In this document: piece after piece, positions 8,701 to 15,608 of the stretch
Numbering within the stretch: position 1 is the first letter of the stretch
Layout: each line of letters starts with the position of its first letter
Notes under the pieces: generated by a model
The model's input: only the letters and a program-made list of their open reading frames with translations
Told to the model about the DNA's origin: nothing
The model's database searches: none
Made by a program: the position numbers and the translations under genes
Source: a virus
Taxonomy: Duplodnaviria; Heunggongvirae; Uroviricota; Caudoviricetes
Virus record (IMG/VR): IMGVR_UViG_2711768048_000005
Coordinates: 1 to 35,583 of that record
DNA length: 35,583 nucleotides
Reading direction: 5' to 3' (one strand)

Positions 8701-9499
8701 CTTGTTTACGTACTTTCAGGAATGAATCAACGTTAATGTTTTCAATTGGTACGGATAAGCCATATTTTTCATTTGTTAGGTAGTGGAAAATCTGATCCAC
8801 GCCGTTAGTGCTAGCCTCAATAGCATTGGTTTCAAGGTTACGGATTTTAAGGCCGCAAACGTCTACTGCTACCTGGCTATTTGGCTGGAGAATATCAACA
8901 CCAGCAGCAAGAGATTTGTCATCACGACGCAACACAATACACATGGTCGCAATGCCGTTACCCTTGAAAGCGTCGGTCCAGTCTGAGCCTAAATGACGTT
9001 TTGCCAGCGACAAAGCGGTGTTAGGATTCTTGCCCGTGCGGAACTCGACTTCTAATACTTTACGATATTCTTCTTTAATGTTGCCCTTATCGAGAATACC
9101 ATCACGGATCGTCATGTTCTTACCAACAAGAACATTTTTATTATCAATAAAGAGTGCTTTGTAATGGTCGATTTCACCCTCGGCTACAGAGAAGATTTGC
9201 ACTAGCTTATTGTTTTCTTGCTTAGAAACTGCTTTGTAAACACAGTTTGTGCCAGTGCGGGTAGTACCGAAAACGACTGGTATCACCGCTTTCGGATCGT
9301 TTGATGTTCCTAGTGTCACCGCATTATCTGGGCTTTGTACTTTAGGTGTTTTTGGTGCGCCTACAGTGGAAGCGATCAAGGTCATTGCACCAGCAGCCAT
9401 ACCGATAGCGACTGCGGTCATAACAGAAAATGTTGCAGCAGCAGCCATCCCAGCAGACGCACCAGCAATAACCGCGCCTACCAATATTTCAAATCCCAT
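5723..9499 (-). CDS. central tail fibre / host-specificity protein (lambda J-like)
   Basis: 1258 aa directly downstream of M/L/K-like genes. The C-terminal ~150 aa resemble the lambda J receptor-binding region as I recall it. The N-terminus has a Gly/Ala-rich hydrophobic segment. Confidence 0.8.
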   Translation of the reverse strand: MGFEILVGAVIAGASAGMAAAATFSVMTAVAIGMAAGAMTLIASTVGAPKTPKVQSPDNAVTLGTSNDPKAVIPVVFGTTRTGTNCVYKAVSKQENNKLVQIFSVAEGEIDHYKALFIDNKNVLVGKNMTIRDGILDKGNIKEEYRKVLEVEFRTGKNPNTALSLAKRHLGSDWTDAFKGNGIATMCIVLRRDDKSLAAGVDILQPNSQVAVDVCGLKIRNLETNAIEASTNGVDQIFHYLTNEKYGLSVPIENINVDSFLKVRKQVRQMDLHSNGACDPNASFKENLTNLMQTFGGVMFESFGRITLKLDAPDIVKHTFNEDNIMMGKVSLKTGGTNGYFNTINAMYQEPSIDYSEQMLRYPADAENDATVRADGRIIAKDVEYRFVKSKDQIDKLASIERNKSRITQVISFMTTDAFTAEVWDVISVTYDELKLNNSLWRITAIDRSIDSGIAGMMTITATEYNSQVYTDLNYAATPDNRPSGLPDSMTVQKPTNFRIKATGETIYGKNVTLTWDAPEDFNRYGFQIDYRVSGSPNWIKLGQTSQQIFSVNALAKDRSYDYRVCAFGIIARSDWVELVNQNPTVTYELPTPVIRIKNQGSTPGTFEGNDLIIEWENQQQLDVMINGETNKFSDLFEAYIIKVTNKAGKSIQYRTRDPESWTYTLDMNQFNGLSRQLTVEVSAKGYNNSESAPARLVAINPQHKPMKGFNARGGFNTAFVSWADDVEHDYAGSIIQYATDNTFSDARAVSTNSVSHTSFDIADGDYYIRGAHYDIFGMDDAVWSEPYFMQMKSTISWDDQDKEALEDLIGLQDRLDETIADAIAQAGANADAKIDAMHKQITTETGKTVQASADTLKSLIASGDKASSTKIDQVKAELKGDITKEVSASATTLKQAIATSEAASASKIDQVRVEMDGKIAGVNQEADVKIDALKGTINSKYNLAVNADGRVAGIHMSATNDPAQPTKIIFTADKIAVAPQNGTDVCPFGIEGNKVYLDNAMIRNAAIGTAQINDAAITTAKIGNAAINSAKIQDGAITNAKIVNGAIDNAKIGNYIQSSNWNGSTGWHINKNGSATFMNATVKGNITADSGTLNNVTINSSCVIKGMLEATQVKGDFVKVIGRKFPHRDVNVDNGYAGYPQGTVTVRVEDDHKFDRQIVIPAISFGGLRAREGSNNNTYYDTCRLIVRKNGSELYNRAYGGNTGLYSGVIDMPAGKGAVTLTFEVQSSAINNWTPSTWISDLTVMVTKKATTGITVS

Positions 9500-10074
9500 T
9501 ATTCACCCCCGAATCTATAAACTTGTTCATAGTCAATGTCTGAAACAGGAATGGTCATCCAGATACCATCTTCTTCAACGAGGCCATAACCGGAATAATG
9601 AGGAACTACAGAATAATAATTACGGTTTCCTAATTTGTGGGCTGTGACCAGTAAATCGCCGTCCTGTAAATCATCAGTGACTAATTTGAAATGTTTCTTA
9701 ATTGGTTGAAGGATATTTGAATACCCGCTTAATTCTTTGCAGATTTTCAAGCCTTCTTCTTTAGTTGAATATTTTTTATAAAGAGAATTATATAGGTCAG
9801 TACCAGCGAGAATATCGATGATCTTACATGCAATGAGATTGCAATCATTCTCGCCTTGAACGAACTCCTGACCTATTAAAGAATTGATGTAATCGGTGAT
9901 AAGCCTAGTTTTTAGCATGTTGAATACCTCCATGCTGTTATTTACTAGGCTTAGGGTGAAGGGATTATTTCTTCGATGAATGCCACTTGCTTTCTGAGTT
10001 CCACTTCCCGGCACGGGAGAAGAATAGATCGTTCTCGTTTCCAACATAGGATCGGTGGATACCATCGGAGGCAT
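9499..10074 (-). CDS. tail-tip protein with NlpC/P60-like domain (lambda K-like)
   Basis: Cys-containing motif ENDCNLIACKII with downstream His, resembling NlpC/P60 papain-like hydrolases. Its stop overlaps the J-like start (TAATG). Real start probably downstream of the track start. Confidence 0.55.
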   Translation of the reverse strand: MPPMVSTDPMLETRTIYSSPVPGSGTQKASGIHRRNNPFTLSLVNNSMEVFNMLKTRLITDYINSLIGQEFVQGENDCNLIACKIIDILAGTDLYNSLYKKYSTKEEGLKICKELSGYSNILQPIKKHFKLVTDDLQDGDLLVTAHKLGNRNYYSVVPHYSGYGLVEEDGIWMTIPVSDIDYEQVYRFGGE

Positions 10075-10672
10075 GACTACGAGCGTTTTTATCTAGAACT
10101 TCCCAGATACTATTAAGCTGAAATTCTGATTCGTTTTTACACTCATCATCTTCATGTTCGATGTTAATCCCGATGGAATCGACTACCCCACGGAAAACAG
10201 GGTAAGTAGTTTCAACCTTGCCCGTGTTGGGGTTAAGGAAAACCATCTCGATTTTCACATCAGATTTATCGAATTGCTTGTTTCGAATCAGGGTAATGTA
10301 TTCTTCGCGAACGTTAGAAACAGTTACGTTGATCCCGTTGTTGTTGATCTCCTTCTCTTCGGTATTCGATGAGATTTGAAGAAAATCACCCGTTGCGAGA
10401 TACGTAAATCCGTTATAGTCCAAATCGAAATACCCATCTGTAAGCCGTAGAACGTCCCCTGACGCTGTTATCACTTCGATAATGTGAAACATCGATCCAG
10501 TAGAGAAAAGTTGCGGTAGCGTCAATCTGGTAACGTTCTGCCCTGTCTGGTCGTTGTATACCTCGATGAAGTCCAGATTTGTGCATAGTTTGCTGAATGA
10601 TTCCTGAATAGTTGCCATTATACATTCTCCACTAATTCGAATTTCATCTTGCCAATCTGGGCGATCTTCCAA
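9965..10672 (-). CDS. minor tail protein (lambda L-like by position)
   Basis: Positional call within the M-L-K-J-like block. Track start overlaps the upstream gene, so the true start is probably an internal ATG (MATIQES...). Confidence 0.45.
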   Translation of the reverse strand: MEDRPDWQDEIRISGECIMATIQESFSKLCTNLDFIEVYNDQTGQNVTRLTLPQLFSTGSMFHIIEVITASGDVLRLTDGYFDLDYNGFTYLATGDFLQISSNTEEKEINNNGINVTVSNVREEYITLIRNKQFDKSDVKIEMVFLNPNTGKVETTYPVFRGVVDSIGINIEHEDDECKNESEFQLNSIWEVLDKNARSHASDGIHRSYVGNENDLFFSRAGKWNSESKWHSSKK

Positions 10673-11214
10673 TCGATGTTTTCAGTTTTGAGAACAAATT
10701 CACCTTCTACGTTCTGATACTTGATCACCTCACCAGCCAGGACGTTTTGACGCAAGTTAGGGAAGAGTTTCATTTCACCACCTGATTTCACGTCTTCGGT
10801 GATCGTGTAGATTTTCTTGTGGTTCTCAAACTGGATGATAGTTCCCGCTTTCAGTGTTCCGGTGAAGTTGGAGAGTCTTACCTTGCGTCCACCGCGAGCA
10901 GTACCAGCAGCAGCCGTTACCATCTGGCGTACATCACCTGTATATTTTGAAAAGTAAGACAGTGGCACACTAAAAGGACGACCAAAAAGGTGACGTGCTA
11001 CAAATTCTTTTACTTCGTTAATATCCTGAGCCATGTAATTCGCGGTAAATTCTGCTTCGTAAAAATGGATGCCAGTAAAGCGACGCTGGAACTTACCGGA
11101 GATAGATTGCGCCTTGAAGAAAGGTTGTTTTGATTTAAGAGTAAAATCTGTGATTTTAATATTCTTGGATTTGAACATAGAAAAAGCCCCCATAGTTTTA
11201 TGATTATTTATCAC
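10618..11214 (-). CDS. distal tail protein (lambda M-like by position)
   Basis: First gene after the tape-measure gene. Track start is a GTG inside a hairpin; likely start is MFKSKNIKI at about 11175. Confidence 0.45.
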   Translation of the reverse strand: MINNHKTMGAFSMFKSKNIKITDFTLKSKQPFFKAQSISGKFQRRFTGIHFYEAEFTANYMAQDINEVKEFVARHLFGRPFSVPLSYFSKYTGDVRQMVTAAAGTARGGRKVRLSNFTGTLKAGTIIQFENHKKIYTITEDVKSGGEMKLFPNLRQNVLAGEVIKYQNVEGEFVLKTENIDWKIAQIGKMKFELVENV

Positions 11215-11223
11215 TATGGGGGC
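11186..11223 (-). promoter_or_regulatory. strong intra-operon stem-loop between tape-measure and distal tail genes (attenuator-like)
   Basis: 10-bp inverted repeat gcccccatag / ctatgggggc with an 18-nt loop, followed on the minus strand by TTTTT and then the next gene's ATG. Confidence 0.5.
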
Positions 11224-11229
11224 TTTTAA

Positions 11230-13662
11230 TTACATCTTACGGCGTTGTGCGTCTTCTACCGCCTGAGCAACTAACTTAGCGTGACGTTTGATAGCATCCA
11301 TGACCATCTTGTCTGAGCTATTAACGTTGCCGTTAATGTTCAAAGGTGCGTTAACTTCAATCGGCTGAGAGTTGCCACCGCCTGATTTTTGAGCAGCAAG
11401 GAAGTCTTTCAAATCACCGTTAGTACGCTGATCAACTACTCGTTCACCCTTATCAAGCAACCATGTACCCTCACGAGGGATGTTATCAATACCATCATGA
11501 GCCATACCGCTAACGTTAGTAGACTTGATGTTTGCGATGTTCCCCATGTTCTGAGAAACAGCCAATGCAGCAGCAGCAATTTTTTGACCTGTGGTGACGT
11601 TGGTCGGATCGTTCCATGCATCGGTAGCAGCCGTCCACATGTTCACCGTCGCTTGTCCAATGGAGAATGCCTTATGAGCATTGAAAGCCATCTGCATAGC
11701 CTTTGTGTTTTCCTGCCCGAAGAGAGTCATTGCAGCAGCAAAACCGCCGTACATATCATCAGCTATAGACTGGCGAGCATCAGCATATTTCTTCTCAATT
11801 GCAGCCATTCGTTTTTGATGGTTTTCATTGAGTTTTTCTAATGCTTCCATCCGTTTAGCCGGATCGGTGATCCCATCAATCTTGAGTAGTTTATCGGTCT
11901 TATAATCTTGTTCCGCTTCCGATTTCTCTTTATCGATTGCATTAAATTTAGCAAACGGATTATTTGAGTCTTGATAGTCTAAGCTATTGGTCAACTGATT
12001 GGTTTTAAAACCATCCATTCCCTGTAAAGCATTGCCAATTTGACTATAATTCTGATTGGTATCATTCACACGACGCATATATTCATCGTAGGAGATAGCC
12101 TTACCATCAAGTAACCGTTTATGGCTTTCTAACTCATTGTCCCTGATTTGTTGCAATTGTGTTAAAGCATTCAGCGCATCAACAGGATCAGCACCTAAGA
12201 CCATTTTGTATACGTTTTCAGTATTCTGATCGATTAGCGCCTGGCGTTTCGCGGCTGCGTCTTGTTGAGAGATTAAGCCCAGATCTAAAGCAGTATCCAA
12301 ATCTTTCAAGCTGGCTTCTAACTGCTTGTTTTGAGAAGCAATAGACGCTGCAACTTGCCCTTGCAATTTAACATCAAGTGCATTCAGACGCTTGATTGCA
12401 TCCTCACGTTCTTTCTGTGCTTTTTCTGCGGCTTCCTTAGCCTTTTTAGCTGCCTCTTCCGCTTTCTTGCGTGCTTCTTCCTCGGCTTTCTTCTCGTTGC
12501 CAGATTTACCCAATGATTCTGGTCTTACTGGTTTATTTGGTAGAGTTAAATCAGTGTTAGGATCTGCCTTGCGTGTCAGATGTTCACCAGCATCTACGAC
12601 AATCAGAGCACCATTTTTCTTATAAGACCCACCAAAACGTTTCTTAAATCCTTCTACATCAAAGCCAGCAGTACGAGGATCGACACCAGCACCACGGATC
12701 GCGGCCTTTTCCCAATCTGCTAGATTATTCCAACGCTTTTCTTTATTGTACTTGTCAATAATCTTTTGAGCGTCTTTATGGTTGGCGTTAAGAATACCAC
12801 CCGTAGCGGTCGCACCTTCTTTATTCAGTCGGTCTAATGCCCTGAATAGAGAACTCTTTTCCCAATCAATATTAAACCAGTCAAATAACCAGTTTAAGCT
12901 ATCAACCAAAGGACCAGAAATGGTCATAGCTGCGCCTTTCAGGTTATTTTCCAAAGTATCGATATTCTTAGAGAATTTATCAAATTTCTTTGCGTTTTCT
13001 TCGGTGACTTTAACAGATTGATTCTGGATAGCGGTCATCGCTTCTTGAGCATTATTATATTTCTCAAGCTGACTGGTCATATGACTTGAATCGCTGGCTA
13101 AAGATTCCATCATGAATTTGATTTCAGCCATTGATTTTCCGGCTTTCTTCATGTCATAGAACACTTGGATCGCCGCTTTCATACCACCTTGCGGATCTGT
13201 CATGAAGTGAGCATAGTTTTCTAACTTAAGCCCAACCGATTCTAAGTCATCGGCAATACCACCACCGTTAGCCCATGCATCCCCCATTTTATCTAAGGTG
13301 TCTTTGTTGATATCACCAAATTTTTCAACTGTTAGGCCAGTGCCAGAAAATTCCTTTTCTAGTCTTTGAAGGGATTCAATCGAGAGTCCGGTCGCCTTAG
13401 ATACTTCTGAATACTGTTTAACGTAATCAGCACCAACTTTAACCAGTCCAACCATTGCCCCCGTGACACCTAGAACACCACCAACGGCAAGACTAGCAGA
13501 TCCACCCAATCCCCTAAGAGAGCTACCTAAACTAGATAAGCCACCAGAAAAATCAAGTTTAGATGCCTTATCCGCAAGGTTATCAAGCATATCAATTGCT
13601 TGATTTGTGCTTTTCCTTAAGCCGCTATTATCCCCTTCCATTGTTACTATATGTCTTGTCAT
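11230..13662 (-). CDS. tail tape measure protein
   Basis: 810 aa with long coiled-coil-like stretches (EEARKKAEEAAKKAKEAAEKAQKERE) and a Gly-rich N-terminus; immediately downstream of a chaperone-like gene pair. Confidence 0.85.
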   Translation of the reverse strand: MTRHIVTMEGDNSGLRKSTNQAIDMLDNLADKASKLDFSGGLSSLGSSLRGLGGSASLAVGGVLGVTGAMVGLVKVGADYVKQYSEVSKATGLSIESLQRLEKEFSGTGLTVEKFGDINKDTLDKMGDAWANGGGIADDLESVGLKLENYAHFMTDPQGGMKAAIQVFYDMKKAGKSMAEIKFMMESLASDSSHMTSQLEKYNNAQEAMTAIQNQSVKVTEENAKKFDKFSKNIDTLENNLKGAAMTISGPLVDSLNWLFDWFNIDWEKSSLFRALDRLNKEGATATGGILNANHKDAQKIIDKYNKEKRWNNLADWEKAAIRGAGVDPRTAGFDVEGFKKRFGGSYKKNGALIVVDAGEHLTRKADPNTDLTLPNKPVRPESLGKSGNEKKAEEEARKKAEEAAKKAKEAAEKAQKEREDAIKRLNALDVKLQGQVAASIASQNKQLEASLKDLDTALDLGLISQQDAAAKRQALIDQNTENVYKMVLGADPVDALNALTQLQQIRDNELESHKRLLDGKAISYDEYMRRVNDTNQNYSQIGNALQGMDGFKTNQLTNSLDYQDSNNPFAKFNAIDKEKSEAEQDYKTDKLLKIDGITDPAKRMEALEKLNENHQKRMAAIEKKYADARQSIADDMYGGFAAAMTLFGQENTKAMQMAFNAHKAFSIGQATVNMWTAATDAWNDPTNVTTGQKIAAAALAVSQNMGNIANIKSTNVSGMAHDGIDNIPREGTWLLDKGERVVDQRTNGDLKDFLAAQKSGGGNSQPIEVNAPLNINGNVNSSDKMVMDAIKRHAKLVAQAVEDAQRRKM

Positions 13663-13665
13663 AAA

Positions 13666-14016
13666 TTACCCCGTTTGTGCGCTTCTGAGTTTCTCAAGCA
13701 AAGATGGATCGAACATGCTCAATGTTGCAGCTTTACGTTCTTCTTCTTTCTTGCGTGCAAGTTCTTCCAGTTCTTCTTTAGTTTTAAAGAGTTTTTCTTC
13801 TCTAATTAATTGGAATTGGCTAGGCTTGAGTTTCTTTGCAGTTTCACGAGTCATTCCTTGCGACGTCATATACATGGAATATTGCAACATCGCATTCTGC
13901 ATATCATGAAACGCGGGGCTTTGTGGTTCTAAGTAGGTGTCGAAAATATATAATTTCCAAAACAGAGTGATTGGCATATTATCCATTTCATCTTTACTAA
14001 GCCCCGATCGCATCAT
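13666..14016 (-). CDS. tail assembly chaperone, frameshift partner (lambda T-like)
   Basis: Its frame is open upstream across the stop of the preceding gene in the -1 frame, consistent with a G-T type fusion. Confidence 0.5.
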   Translation of the reverse strand: MMRSGLSKDEMDNMPITLFWKLYIFDTYLEPQSPAFHDMQNAMLQYSMYMTSQGMTRETAKKLKPSQFQLIREEKLFKTKEELEELARKKEEERKAATLSMFDPSLLEKLRSAQTG

Positions 14017-14045
14017 TTGCCGAAAATAGAAATTCAGAAGCGGGT

Positions 14046-14354
14046 TTACTTTACCTCGTTTTCAATTACTGCCGGATCTTGCATCAATGATGCTTGAGCA
14101 ACCAAACCGATTAATTCACTGCGGACGTTAGTATACAGTGCCTTAACTTGTTCCATAGATTCAAATACTGGCTTACCATCTTCATCTTCAATACAACGAA
14201 GAATAGAACGTTCATCACGGTCTTCTTTATCAGTATTGAAAACATGTTCGTTAAATTCTTTTACTGACATAGGGCGAGCATAGAAAGTAAATCCACCGAT
14301 GGTCAGAGATTCACGTTTCGGGGAAAGAGCTTTCAGCATTTCATTAATATTCAT
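14046..14354 (-). CDS. tail assembly chaperone (lambda G-like)
   Basis: 102-aa acidic protein immediately upstream of the tape-measure region. Ends ...GTA AAG TAA, with the -1 frame continuing into the next ORF. Confidence 0.55.
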   Translation of the reverse strand: MNINEMLKALSPKRESLTIGGFTFYARPMSVKEFNEHVFNTDKEDRDERSILRCIEDEDGKPVFESMEQVKALYTNVRSELIGLVAQASLMQDPAVIENEVK

Positions 14355-14396
14355 TCTTGTTTCCTCTTAAGTTAATTAGATATGTTTATTTAGAAT

Positions 14397-14903
14397 TTAA
14401 GAGATTTTCAAAGTCTGCTTAGTACCAGTCTTCTTAATGTTATTGAGGAAAGCAGCCGGAGGATTGCTTAACCAATAGTAATGAAAACCATTTTGCATAC
14501 TGTTATAAGGAACAGTGACAGCAGCACCACCCAAATTAACGGTTATATTCCCTGCTCTACCGTTCTGGAGATATACAGCCATAGTAGGAGTACCACCATT
14601 GAATTGACCAACGATAACGCCTATCAGACGCCCTACGCCCACGTTTTCGGGGTTCTCCATAGATCCTTTACCGCGCATGTCAGTTACTGGATAGTTTGAA
14701 GCAGTTACACCCCAGTTATTACCCAATGAAGTAGACCATGCAGCAGTAGTTACAAACGTGTCCATACCACGACCACACATCGCGCTCATATTGGCAGGAC
14801 GACTAACCTTTAATGCGTTCATTGCTGCGCTCATCCACCGTTGACCAGTTACAGAAACAGCCGATGATCCGACCCAACCGGGCTTATTAACGACATTTGC
14901 CAT
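14397..14903 (-). CDS. virion structural protein (168 aa, Gly/Asn/Ser-rich)
   Basis: Track ORF between the putative tail tube gene and the chaperones. No motif recognised. Confidence 0.4.
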   Translation of the reverse strand: MANVVNKPGWVGSSAVSVTGQRWMSAAMNALKVSRPANMSAMCGRGMDTFVTTAAWSTSLGNNWGVTASNYPVTDMRGKGSMENPENVGVGRLIGVIVGQFNGGTPTMAVYLQNGRAGNITVNLGGAAVTVPYNSMQNGFHYYWLSNPPAAFLNNIKKTGTKQTLKIS

Positions 14904-14916
14904 TTTGATTACTCCA

Positions 14917-14946
14917 ATAAAAAAGCCCCACCATTAAGGCAGGGCT
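14917..14946 (-). terminator. rho-independent terminator after the tail tube gene and its extension
   Basis: Minus-sense agccctgccttaatggtggggct followed by tttttt. Near-identical to the terminator at 20788-20815. Confidence 0.6.
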
Positions 14947-14951
14947 TAAAA

Positions 14952-15077
14952 TTAATTCTTAGCCTTGCGGCCTCGTTTTGCTGTGGCTTTCGCCGTAACT
15001 TCTTCTACTTCTGGAATCACCACCGCTTCATGTTCCGGTAGTGGTTCCGGTTCTATTAAAGGAAGTTCTTCGTTAGT
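14952..15077 (-). other. in-frame 41-codon extension downstream of the TGA stop of 15078-15551 (candidate read-through C-terminal extension)
   Basis: Translation past TGA (15078-15080) gives TNEELPLIEPEPLPEHEAVVIPEVEEVTAKATAKRGRKAKN, ending at TAA 14952-14954. Shares the VTAKAT-plus-basic-tail ending and a 19-nt identity with 20821-20949. Confidence 0.45.
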
Positions 15078-15551
15078 TCATCCGGCAGTGAAGATTTCCT
15101 GTTTGATCGGCTTTCCGTCCACCGCGAAGGTAAACTCTTTAGTTACCACTTCTTCATCGCCACCGTTCATAGCAACTTTAGAAATAAAGCCGTTGAAAGC
15201 GGTGCGAATACCAGTCTGTTTTGCTGCATCAACATAGTATTCAATCTTGATCTGAATACGAGTACCGTCTTCGGCAGCTTTAATGAGCTTCTCGTGTACC
15301 GCATCGCCAGGAATGTAGTTAACGGTCAGAGTCAGATCAGGAACGTTCAGTTTACCTACCAGCTTACGGTTATACTGAGAAGAGAAGGATTTAACTTCTA
15401 CAGTGCCGCGCTCGATACCAGTTTCAGGAAAACCAGCACACTCTTTAATTTCTTCGTAGCTTTCGTGATTGAGAGCGGTGTTAGTGGTATCGGCGTGATA
15501 GAACAGACTTACCAGACCACCAGTAAAAATATCTTTAAATTGCTGAGACAT
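15078..15551 (-). CDS. putative major tail (tube) protein, 157 aa
   Basis: Small structural protein upstream of the chaperone/tape-measure block, followed by a strong terminator. Ends in TGA where nearly all other genes use TAA. Confidence 0.5.
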   Translation of the reverse strand: MSQQFKDIFTGGLVSLFYHADTTNTALNHESYEEIKECAGFPETGIERGTVEVKSFSSQYNRKLVGKLNVPDLTLTVNYIPGDAVHEKLIKAAEDGTRIQIKIEYYVDAAKQTGIRTAFNGFISKVAMNGGDEEVVTKEFTFAVDGKPIKQEIFTAG

Positions 15552-15608
15552 AGAATTACCCCTTAATTAAAATTGTTTATAACGGGGGAGCTAGTCCCCC
15601 GACTTTTA

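Noticed and set aside
14965-15237. 90-aa plus-strand track ORF overlapping the tail tube gene end
   Set aside because: It is antisense to the tail tube gene and its in-frame extension, and its Ser/Gly-rich product is characteristic of a reverse-strand artefact. The minus-strand reading is the coherent one.
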